Part shown: positions 15,395 to 23,416 of the stretch, piece after piece | How positions within the stretch are numbered: the stretch's first letter is position 1 | Layout: every line of letters begins with the position of its first letter | NCBI GenBank assembly: GCA_902773295.1 | Contig: CACYDT010000106.1 | Coordinates: 4,028-68,027 of the forward strand | Origin: an uncultured Veillonellaceae bacterium | Lineage (GTDB): Bacteria > Bacillota > Negativicutes > Selenomonadales > Selenomonadaceae | Length of the DNA: 64,000 nucleotides | Reading direction: 5' to 3' | Program-made: the position numbers and the translations under genes | Notes under the pieces: generated by a model | What the model saw: the letters and a program-made list of their open reading frames with translations, nothing else | Told to the model about the DNA's origin: nothing | The model's database searches: none

Positions 15395-17140
15395 ATGAAG
15401 ATGCGGTCCACCTTTTCAGGGCTCAATACCATGGTCAAGGGAATCTATTCGAATCAGATTTCCCAGGAGACCGTAGGGCATAATATATCCAATGCGGGCA
15501 CAGAGGGATATTCCCGTCAGAGGGTAAACCTGGCGGCGACCCACGCCCAGGAGCAGTCATCGATTTACGGTACGGTGCAGATAGGCACCGGCGTGGACGC
15601 GAAAGCCTTGACGCGGGCAAGGGATATCTATGCGGACAGGCAATACTGGTCAGAGAATCCCACGATGACGTATTACGAGGCACGGGCGAAGGAGTATGAC
15701 AAATTGGAGACCATCTTCGATGACTCCATGGATCAAGGCATTGCGGAAGCACTGGCGAAGTTTTACAAGTCCTGGCAGACTCTATCGACTTCTGCCAGCG
15801 ATTCCAGTGCCCGGATTTCTGCACTGGAGCAGGGCAAGAACTTTGCCGACAAGATGCATACCGTAACGAGCCAGCTCCAGGATCAGATCGAGGCGAATTA
15901 TGCCGATATCCGCTTGAACGTGGGGAAGGTCAACGAGATGCTGGAGCAGGTTGTCCAGCTCAACAAGAGCATCTGCGGTGTAGAGGTGACGGGAGCCATG
16001 GCCAACGACCTGAGAGACCAAAGAGATCTCTTGGTGGACAAGATTTCCGATTTTGTCAACGTGGATGTCCATGAAAAGGACGACGGGATGTATACCCTCG
16101 TGTCCAACGGGGTTTCTCTGGTCAACGGCATCAGCAGGCTCACGCTGGAAATGTCAGAGCCTTCGGAGAACGATGAATACGGCGTTATTGATTACAGCAT
16201 TCTCATCAAGGAATCCAACATTGAATACCAGCCCCTGAACGGAATCTTGAGAGCGGAGCTTGATGCCGTTGCAGAGGACAAGTCCTATATCGACAAGATG
16301 GCGGATATCGCAGCGTTCATGCTGTCGGATTTCAACTATCAGCATCAGCAGGGGCATGGCGTGGATGCAAAGATTACAGCCGGCGTCAATTTCTTTGGCC
16401 AGAGAGACACCCAGTATGTATGGAATGCAACGACCCGGAGCCTGGAGGCAACGCAATATACGCAGACACTGGATACGATTGGCTATACTTATACTGTTGC
16501 CCAGAACCCGAATTATGACGTGACTGACCCGAACTACAATTATGTGCAAGCAACACTGAACACGGCGGCAGGTACGGTGGTTACTCCTACCTACACTATG
16601 ACGAAGGTGGGAATTCTCGCTACGCTTTCCCTCAATACCCAGCTTACGGCACCCGACGGGCATCTTCTCATCGCGGCCAGCGGGTACGGTTTCGAGTCGG
16701 ATGCTAGCGGGAAGCCAGTGGTCGTGGCACCGAATCCTATCATTCCAATCGCAAATGGTTCGGGGGATGGTGCCAATGCAGTGGCAATCAGTACCCTGTT
16801 CAATCTGGATATGTCAAAGGATCCCAGGTATGTGGCAGGCAGTGCGGGCAATGACAATCTCAGGGCGATTGGGACGATTTCCTTGGACTCCTATTACATC
16901 AAGACGATGACAGCACTCGGAACCAATGCGGAAACCATGGACACGCGGATCAAAACGCAGAAGGATATCATGACGCAGGTCACGGAGTGGAGGCAGTCCA
17001 CGGCAGGAGTCAACTGGAACGAGGAACTGTCTAACATGATCATGTTCCAGCAGGGATTCAGCTCCTGCTCCCGCTGCCTCACCACCATGGACGAGATGCT
17101 GGATCGCCTCATCAACAGCACCGGCGTGGTAGGCAGGTAA
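15395..17140 (+). CDS. flgK: Flagellar hook-associated protein 1, FlgK
   Basis: MRSTFSGLNTMVKGIYSNQISQETVGHNISNAGTEGYSRQRVNL at the N-terminus and ...NWNEELSNMIMFQQGFSSCSRCLTTMDEMLDRLIN at the C-terminus. Confidence 0.9.
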   Translation: MKMRSTFSGLNTMVKGIYSNQISQETVGHNISNAGTEGYSRQRVNLAATHAQEQSSIYGTVQIGTGVDAKALTRARDIYADRQYWSENPTMTYYEARAKEYDKLETIFDDSMDQGIAEALAKFYKSWQTLSTSASDSSARISALEQGKNFADKMHTVTSQLQDQIEANYADIRLNVGKVNEMLEQVVQLNKSICGVEVTGAMANDLRDQRDLLVDKISDFVNVDVHEKDDGMYTLVSNGVSLVNGISRLTLEMSEPSENDEYGVIDYSILIKESNIEYQPLNGILRAELDAVAEDKSYIDKMADIAAFMLSDFNYQHQQGHGVDAKITAGVNFFGQRDTQYVWNATTRSLEATQYTQTLDTIGYTYTVAQNPNYDVTDPNYNYVQATLNTAAGTVVTPTYTMTKVGILATLSLNTQLTAPDGHLLIAASGYGFESDASGKPVVVAPNPIIPIANGSGDGANAVAISTLFNLDMSKDPRYVAGSAGNDNLRAIGTISLDSYYIKTMTALGTNAETMDTRIKTQKDIMTQVTEWRQSTAGVNWNEELSNMIMFQQGFSSCSRCLTTMDEMLDRLINSTGVVGR

Positions 17141-17176
17141 TTCGTAGGATTGACAGGAAAGGGCAGGTGTGCCGAA

Positions 17177-18790
17177 ATGAGAGTATCCAGCAACAACATG
17201 GTGAGCCGCTACGTCGTGCAGCTCAACGACAGCTATGCAAACCAGTCGAAGCTCATGGAGCAGAGCGATGGCAATAGTCTCCATCGCCCCTCGGATGATT
17301 CCGTGAACTATTCCAAATACCTCCGCTATAGCAACAGCAATTCGGAGAACTTGCAGTATCAGAACAATGTGGACACCGGCAGATCCTGGATGAGGACTGC
17401 CGATGCCGCCATGGTCAATATGACGGATATCTACACGACTTTGAAGGAAAAGACCCTGGATGCAGCCACTGACACCAACGGGGCGCCGGACATGGTGGCC
17501 ATTTCCAAGGAGTTCAAGGCGAAACTCTATGAGATTGTTTCCCTGCAGAACAGCCAGCAAGGGGATCGCTACTTGTTCGCGGGGCAGTCGGATCTCACGC
17601 AGCCCTTCATTATTTCTGTGGAACAGAAGGACAGGGGGCTTCCAAAGACCTTGGATGATCCGCAGACAGCGTATTTTACGTCGAATATGTCGAATACTGG
17701 CCTGAATGTGGATACTACGGGTACGCTGACGCAGATGCTGACTTTGGAGGGAAGCGATGGGGAAACTTATTATCTGAACACAATGAACGGCTATATTTAT
17801 ACAAAAGATTTCGTCATGAATGGCTATAAAAACAAGGTTGCAGGAGGCCAGTCCTGTGTGACTGCCGGGGATGAGGTGGGGACGTTGTCATGTTTTACTG
17901 CGACAGCACCTCCGGCTACGAAGGTTTCTAGTTTTTTTAGTGAAAGCGGGGAATTCAAGGACAGTCCGACATTTGCGGTAAAGGTTACGAATGCGGCGGG
18001 CAGCACGACTTCAAGAAGTGTCACAGGGTATGGCACATCTCTTGGCTTGCAGCCAGGCGATGAGGCAACGTCAAATATGGATGTGGATATTCTGGATGCT
18101 GCGGGGGCCGTTCAGGCTACGGTAAAAGCCGGGCAGTCAATAGATTTAGCGAAGTATCCCGGTGCAACAGATGCGGTGATTGCACAGAGAGACACGTTGA
18201 CTTCGACGGTAACGGACAGTAAAGGCAAGGATGTCACGTTCAAGCTTGCTACCATCAAGCAACCCTTGGTGACTTATCAGGGGGATGCGAAGTACATCTC
18301 TATGGTGAAGCTCAACGGTACGGTGGAGCAGACCTCGGATACGGTAAATGCCACGGGACAGGATCTCAATGGCTGCGATATCTTCGACGATGCGAATTCC
18401 GGCAACCAGAAAACCATCATGTCCAACGGGAAGCTCTGCTATGTCTCTTCCGGCACGGCGATGCTCAATGACATGTTCACGGTCTGCGTGAAGATGGAGG
18501 GGGCGGATCCCCGCTGGATGAGCTCGGATGGAGTCACTATTGCGGATATGGCTCACAATACCATCACAACGGCTCAATCCTCCACGGCGGCACGGCAGAA
18601 TGTCTATGACAGCGTTGCGACCATGCTGGACAAGCAGAACGAGGTCATCACGGCAGACATCAACGATGTAAGCGGCACGGATGTGGCAGAATTGGCCGTG
18701 CGCCTCATGGAAGCACAGACCATCTACAATATGTCACTCTCCGTGGGAAGCCGGATTCTGCCGCCCTCCCTCGCGGATTACTTGAAGTAA
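17177..18790 (+). CDS. flgL: Flagellar hook-associated protein 3, FlgL
   Basis: MRVSSNNMVSRYVVQLN... is a flagellin-like N-terminus and ...DVAELAVRLMEAQTIYNMSLSVGSRILPPSLADYL a flagellin-like C-terminus. Position after flgK. Confidence 0.85.
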   Translation: MRVSSNNMVSRYVVQLNDSYANQSKLMEQSDGNSLHRPSDDSVNYSKYLRYSNSNSENLQYQNNVDTGRSWMRTADAAMVNMTDIYTTLKEKTLDAATDTNGAPDMVAISKEFKAKLYEIVSLQNSQQGDRYLFAGQSDLTQPFIISVEQKDRGLPKTLDDPQTAYFTSNMSNTGLNVDTTGTLTQMLTLEGSDGETYYLNTMNGYIYTKDFVMNGYKNKVAGGQSCVTAGDEVGTLSCFTATAPPATKVSSFFSESGEFKDSPTFAVKVTNAAGSTTSRSVTGYGTSLGLQPGDEATSNMDVDILDAAGAVQATVKAGQSIDLAKYPGATDAVIAQRDTLTSTVTDSKGKDVTFKLATIKQPLVTYQGDAKYISMVKLNGTVEQTSDTVNATGQDLNGCDIFDDANSGNQKTIMSNGKLCYVSSGTAMLNDMFTVCVKMEGADPRWMSSDGVTIADMAHNTITTAQSSTAARQNVYDSVATMLDKQNEVITADINDVSGTDVAELAVRLMEAQTIYNMSLSVGSRILPPSLADYLK

Positions 18791-18884
18791 TACAAAATTT
18801 TCTTGCTGTCCAAAGACTTCAATGGTAAAATAAAATAGAAGGAGTGGGCGTGTTGCTGTTTCCCGGGGGAAGGGGAGAAGATAT

Positions 18885-19469
18885 ATGGATATGATACGGC
18901 TGAATATACGCCAGACGATGCCAAGGATCGGCATCCGCACGCAGCTGTCGAAGCTGGAGACCCGTTACGTCAAGCCGGAAGCCCATGGGGATTACAAGGC
19001 TCCACGTTCCAATATGGGGGTGGAGCAACCGCATCTTGAGGTGAATTCGTATCCGAGCCGCCATGTGTACGGTTACACGAACCATACGGATTTTGCGCGG
19101 GAATATGGACAGAAGGGCTTGCAGGAAATGCGGAAAGGCATGTCCCATCGCAATGCCATGGGGCAGCAAATGGTCAACAACGGCGCAAGACCGGGGAGGA
19201 ATGTCATTGCGGAGCAGGCGAAGAGCGAGCTCGCTTCCCGCATATCCCGGCAGCGCTATATAGAAGCTCAGGCAATACCGGATCCCGAAATGCATATCAC
19301 ACCGGGCAAGGTAGTGGGGACGCCGGATCCAGGGCATTATACCACGGAAATCGATACCGAGTCCATGGCAAAGAGCGACTTCCAGCGGGGGAAAGTAGAG
19401 ATTTACATGAAGCAGAAGGGCGATATCCGCCAATGGGTGACTTGGGGCAAGTATGATACTTATGCGTAA
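18885..19469 (+). CDS. YviE-like (DUF6470-type) flagellar-locus protein
   Basis: 194 aa between flgL and fliW, which is the yviE position in Bacillus. Starts MDMIRLNIRQTMPRIGIRT. Confidence 0.5.
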   Translation: MDMIRLNIRQTMPRIGIRTQLSKLETRYVKPEAHGDYKAPRSNMGVEQPHLEVNSYPSRHVYGYTNHTDFAREYGQKGLQEMRKGMSHRNAMGQQMVNNGARPGRNVIAEQAKSELASRISRQRYIEAQAIPDPEMHITPGKVVGTPDPGHYTTEIDTESMAKSDFQRGKVEIYMKQKGDIRQWVTWGKYDTYA

Positions 19470-19507
19470 GGAACTGTGTTCCGAATCTTTGATATGGAGG
19501 CATGGCA

Positions 19508-19954
19508 ATGAGAAAGGTCAATACGGTACGTTTTGGCGCAATCGAGATCGATGAGAGCAAGGTCGTTCGTTTCGAGCAGGGGATTCCTGCGTTTGAGGAT
19601 GAGCATGAGTTTCTCATCATTCCCTACGATGAAGCAAGTCCTTATGTATTCCTGCAATCCCTTTCGACTCCCGATCTGGCATTTCTCATGACCATGCCGT
19701 TCATATTCTTTCCGGAATATGAGTTTGAGGTAGACGATGACTCCTTAGCGCGATTGGGCATCAAGGGACAGGATGAGCTCCTGATTTATGTTCTCCTTAC
19801 TTTGCCGGGGGGCAGGGTCCAGGAGATGACGGCGAACCTCATGGCTCCCGTCATCATCAATACGACGAACATGCAGGCACGCCAGATTGTGCTGGACAAG
19901 AGCCGGTACAACACCAAGCACCGCCTGTTCCCGGAAAAGAAGGAGGCGGAGTAA
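19508..19954 (+). CDS. fliW: Flagellar assembly factor FliW
   Basis: FEQGIPAFEDEHEFLIIPYDEASPYVFLQSL..PDLAFLMTMPF.FFPEYEF is typical FliW. GGAGG is 7 nt upstream of 19508. The listed ORF starts at 19502. Confidence 0.9.
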   Translation: MRKVNTVRFGAIEIDESKVVRFEQGIPAFEDEHEFLIIPYDEASPYVFLQSLSTPDLAFLMTMPFIFFPEYEFEVDDDSLARLGIKGQDELLIYVLLTLPGGRVQEMTANLMAPVIINTTNMQARQIVLDKSRYNTKHRLFPEKKEAE

Positions 19955-20187
19955 TGCTTGTACTCACGAGGAAGCCGCGCCAGCAGATCATGATTGGCGA
20001 TGACATTGTCATCAATGTTGTGGAAGTGCAGGGGGACAATGTTCGCATTGCCATAGATGCGCCGAGAACGGTGAAGATTTATCGGGGCGAGATTTACCGG
20101 GCAATCCAGGAAGAAAACAAGAAGGCCGCCGTCGTTCCGGCAGGCAGCATTGATTTGAGTTCCGTATTGCCGAAGCAGAATCCGTAA
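19954..20187 (+). CDS. csrA: Carbon storage regulator CsrA (flagellar FliW-partner type)
   Basis: MLVLTRKPRQQIMIGDDIVINVVEVQGDNVRIAIDAPRTVKIYRGEIY. ATGA-type junction with fliW. Confidence 0.95.
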   Translation: MLVLTRKPRQQIMIGDDIVINVVEVQGDNVRIAIDAPRTVKIYRGEIYRAIQEENKKAAVVPAGSIDLSSVLPKQNP

Positions 20188-20236
20188 TTGCGCTGCAAGA
20201 ACAAAGGGAAGGCGATTCCAGGGTCAAGGATATACC

Positions 20237-20366
20237 GGAGCACGTTAGGATTTTCCGCAGGAAAAGCCCTGAAGGACTAGCTTTGCGTCGCTTTTGCGTG
20301 CTCTGCATATACCGCGGACGGTACTGACAAATAGGAACGATTCTTTCTCCGCGAGTATCGAGTATA
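20237..20366 (+). promoter_or_regulatory. Structured leader/intergenic element, copy R1 (partner at 34008-34110)
   Basis: Shares ggag.acgttag.attttccgcaggaaaagc...cgt.ctctgcatataccgcg.acgg...aggaac...ttcttt.cgcgagtat with R2. The hairpin arms show compensatory changes. Confidence 0.5.
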
Positions 20367-20401
20367 AAGAGACCAATGCATTTTCTATGGAGGGATTCAA
20401 G

Positions 20402-20845
20402 ATGATGGGAAGGGTACAGGATGTCATGACCGGAGCCATTGTCATAGGAGCGGCCGATAAGGCTGCCGCATCCGGCCGCCATACGAACCGACCGACGGTC
20501 CGGGAACAGGTGAAGGCTCAGCAGCAGGAAGCGATGACAAAGGCGGAGAAACTTCAGGAAGAGTGGAATGCCAGAGGGGAAGAGGCTCTTCGGGAGAAAA
20601 GGGAAGAACGTGAGAAACTGGACGAGAAGTCCGTGAGCCTTATCACCAAGGAACTCAATGAACTCATGGACAGGATCAACTGCGATCTTGCCTTCAAATA
20701 CCACAAAGAAGTGGATGTCATGTCCGTGAGCATGATCAGCAAGACCACGGACAAGGTCATCAAGGAACTCCCGCCGGAAGAGATGATTGAGAATATGAAG
20801 AAAGCCAGGGAATGGATTGGCGCATTCTTGGACAAGAATGCGTAA
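20402..20845 (+). CDS. flaG: FlaG-family flagellar protein
   Basis: C-terminal ...FKYHKEVDVMSVSMISKTTDKVIKELPPEEMIENM is the FlaG motif. GGAGGGA is upstream of the ATG at 20402, inside listed ORF 20294..20845. Confidence 0.75.
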   Translation: MMGRVQDVMTGAIVIGAADKAAASGRHTNRPTVREQVKAQQQEAMTKAEKLQEEWNARGEEALREKREEREKLDEKSVSLITKELNELMDRINCDLAFKYHKEVDVMSVSMISKTTDKVIKELPPEEMIENMKKAREWIGAFLDKNA

Positions 20846-20866
20846 GAAAGTAAAGGAGTGAGGGAA

Positions 20867-22525
20867 ATGGGTGTCAACGGTATTTACGGTCTTTCGGGAT
20901 CGGGCATTGATGTGGAGTCCATGGTCAAGGTCGGCATGCTGTCGAAGCAGAACCAGTATGATAAGATGTACAAGCAGGAAACGAAGCTGTCCTGGCAGAA
21001 GGAAGCTTATTCTGGCGTTTATACGGACTTGATGAATTTCAACGTGAGCAAGCTGTCGGACTACAAGATGCAGTCCAAAATGAATGCCATGACGGCGACC
21101 ACAAACAATACCAGCGCTTTCTCGGTTTCCGCCAACGGCTCTGCGGTTGCCATGAGCCATCGGGTGGAGGTCAATGAACTGTCTTCCAATGCCTATCTCA
21201 TGTCCACGGGATCCATCGAGCGTGCAAATGCAGGTGCGGCTGAAGACAGCGTCGATCTGAAGGATTCTGTTTTCCAAAGCCTTACGGACAATGGGGATGG
21301 CACGTTCCATGTCACCTTCAAGGACGGTACGACCGATACGGTCAGTGGGGACGCTGAGGCATTGAGTTTCACGGTGGATGATGGCGTTTCCAGACTGGAT
21401 GCCGAGAAGCGTACCATCAAATTCACTTACCAGCAGTTGGCGGACGGCGCGTCCTTCAACGACCTGGCCTCCAAGATCAAGGGACTGAATCTCAATGTGA
21501 CGGCATCCTATGACTCCGTGAACGATTCCTTCAGCCTCTACAACTCGAAGGGCGGCACGGACAACAAAATATCCCTGACCATGGGAAATAAGGCGACGGC
21601 AGATCTCTTCAACAATATGAAGCTTGGCCAGTCCAAGGACGGAGCCCTGGATCCAGCTCAGACGTTTTCTTATGACAGCAGCAGCGCGGCGGGCAGTACC
21701 ACGGAGATTGCCGGCTCGAACGGAAAGATTACCATCGATGGCCGCGAGTACACGAACATTACCGACAACAAGCTCACAGTGGGGGGCGTCACCTATACCC
21801 TCATGGACAAGACCACATCTGCGGCCATTGTGACGGTATCCCAGGACAAAGACTCCATCGTTGATCGGGTGAAGCAGTTCGTCGAGGATTATAATGCCAT
21901 GCTGGACGGGCTCCAGGACAAGTACAACGAGCAAAAGTACTCGGATTATGATGTTCTCACGAAAACCCAGGAAGAGGGCATGACGAAGGAGCAGATTGAG
22001 AAATGGAACGAGAAGGCGAAGTCCGGTCTCCTGAACCATGACAAGTACATCGGCGACATCATCAGCAATATGAGGGAGGCTTTGGCGACCCCGGTGGACG
22101 GTGTGGACGGCAAGTACAATTCCGCCTTCAACTTGGGCATCACCACGACGAACGACCGCGGCCACATCAAGCTGGACGAGGACAAGCTCAAGAAGGCATT
22201 GGACGAGGAACCGAACAGCGTCTACCAGGTCTTCGGCAAGCTGGATGCCAATGATGATTTCAGCGGCAATGGCGTGGCGCAACGTTTGGGCGATGTCATT
22301 ACCAAAGGCATGAGCAAGATCAAGGAATATGCGGGAACCACGACGGAGCCGAGCGATGGCAGCAAGCTGGGCGCGAAGATTCTGGAGTGGCAGAACAAGA
22401 TGAGCGATTTCAAGACGAAGATGAGCACCTATGAGACATTGCTCTACAAGAAGTACGATGCCATGGAGGTGGCGCTCCAGAAGCTCTCCATGACACTCAA
22501 TTACGTCACGTTCAATCAACAGTAA
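20867..22525 (+). CDS. fliD: Flagellar filament cap protein FliD
   Basis: MGVNGIYGLSGSGIDVESMVKVGM at the N-terminus and ...LYKKYDAMEVALQKLSMTLNYV at the C-terminus. AAGGAG is 8 nt upstream of the ATG at 20867. Confidence 0.9.
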   Translation: MGVNGIYGLSGSGIDVESMVKVGMLSKQNQYDKMYKQETKLSWQKEAYSGVYTDLMNFNVSKLSDYKMQSKMNAMTATTNNTSAFSVSANGSAVAMSHRVEVNELSSNAYLMSTGSIERANAGAAEDSVDLKDSVFQSLTDNGDGTFHVTFKDGTTDTVSGDAEALSFTVDDGVSRLDAEKRTIKFTYQQLADGASFNDLASKIKGLNLNVTASYDSVNDSFSLYNSKGGTDNKISLTMGNKATADLFNNMKLGQSKDGALDPAQTFSYDSSSAAGSTTEIAGSNGKITIDGREYTNITDNKLTVGGVTYTLMDKTTSAAIVTVSQDKDSIVDRVKQFVEDYNAMLDGLQDKYNEQKYSDYDVLTKTQEEGMTKEQIEKWNEKAKSGLLNHDKYIGDIISNMREALATPVDGVDGKYNSAFNLGITTTNDRGHIKLDEDKLKKALDEEPNSVYQVFGKLDANDDFSGNGVAQRLGDVITKGMSKIKEYAGTTTEPSDGSKLGAKILEWQNKMSDFKTKMSTYETLLYKKYDAMEVALQKLSMTLNYVTFNQQ

Positions 22526-22572
22526 GGGGTAATATTACCTGATATTTACCCGGGTACATAGGAGGCAAGGAA

Positions 22573-22977
22573 ATGGTAAATGCAGCGGAGGCCTACAAGA
22601 GACAGCAGATCATGACGGCGACGCCGGAAGCATTGACTCTCATGCTCTACAACGGCTGCCTGAAATTCATGACAGAAGGCATGGAAGCACTGGAAAAAAA
22701 GGATTATGAGCAGGCCAACATATCCATTCAGAAGGCGGAGAATATCATCTCGGAGTTCCGGTTGACGCTGAACATGGAGTACGAGATTTCCCATCAGCTG
22801 TTTCCCTTGTACAATTACGTGTATGATCGTCTGGTAGAAGGCAATATGAAGAGCGATGCAAGCAAGATTGAGGAAGCGAAGGGGATTATTACGGAGCTCA
22901 GGGATGCCTGGGCGCAGGCTATGAAGAAGGCCAGGGTCATGAAGGCCGGTACGAAGGGACCTGGATCCTATGCATGA
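22573..22977 (+). CDS. fliS: Flagellar export chaperone FliS
   Basis: AYKRQQIMTATPEALTLMLYNGCLKFM...A...I..L...L. 134 aa. Confidence 0.9.
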   Translation: MVNAAEAYKRQQIMTATPEALTLMLYNGCLKFMTEGMEALEKKDYEQANISIQKAENIISEFRLTLNMEYEISHQLFPLYNYVYDRLVEGNMKSDASKIEEAKGIITELRDAWAQAMKKARVMKAGTKGPGSYA

Positions 22978-23314
22978 GGATACGAACAAGCAAGCAGAAG
23001 CTCTTTGGCGCAAGTATCTCGTCCTCTCGAAGGAACTGCTGAAGTTCATCGAGAGGGAAGATATCGATACTTTTCTGGAGATTGTGGATCAGCGTGCTGT
23101 CCTCGTGGACAAGATGAAGGCATTGCCTCCCCATACGTTCCGTGAGACGGAGGAATTCTCGGAGCTGGTGTCAAAGATCAAGCCGTTGGATATGCAGGTC
23201 ATCTACAAGGCAAGGACATGGCTCAACAAGTCCCGCCGCAATACCAGCGCCGTGAAGGCCTATGATCTCAAGACATTCGACCCGGCAGGGAATCTCTTCA
23301 ACCGCAAATATTAG
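22970..23314 (+). CDS. FliT-like small helical protein
   Basis: 114 aa helical protein overlapping the fliS stop, in the fliT position of the Bacillus fliD-fliS-fliT operon. Confidence 0.5.
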   Translation: MHEDTNKQAEALWRKYLVLSKELLKFIEREDIDTFLEIVDQRAVLVDKMKALPPHTFRETEEFSELVSKIKPLDMQVIYKARTWLNKSRRNTSAVKAYDLKTFDPAGNLFNRKY

Positions 23315-23320
23315 CATCAA

Positions 23321-23345
23321 AAGCCTCCCAAGGGAGGCTTTTTTG
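23321..23345 (+). terminator. Intrinsic terminator after the fliT-like gene
   Basis: aagcctcc caag ggaggctt followed by tttt. Confidence 0.85.
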
Positions 23346-23416
23346 TGTGGATGGCGAATAAAAGAATAAGATTCCAAAGGATACGACGAGAGAGCAGACC
23401 ATGAGAGAGGTGCATC

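Noticed and set aside
20237-20300. Sigma-54 promoter (GG-N10-GC) or c-di-GMP riboswitch within element R1/R2
   Set aside because: GGAGCACG...TTTTCC does not give the TGGCAC-N5-TTGCW spacing. None of the GEMM-I/II conserved loops (GCAAA..., ACGCACA...) are present.
20012-22519. 835-aa minus-strand ORF
   Set aside because: It is antisense to csrA, flaG and fliD, all of which have clear signatures. There is no RBS and the composition is not protein-like.
23358-23392. Possible sigma-28 promoter (TAAG-N14-GACGAGAG) upstream of the first GT2-TPR gene
   Set aside because: The -10 element has CGAGA instead of the CGATA core shared by the four better boxes in this window, and the upstream A/T tract is missing. 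It is too weak to call.
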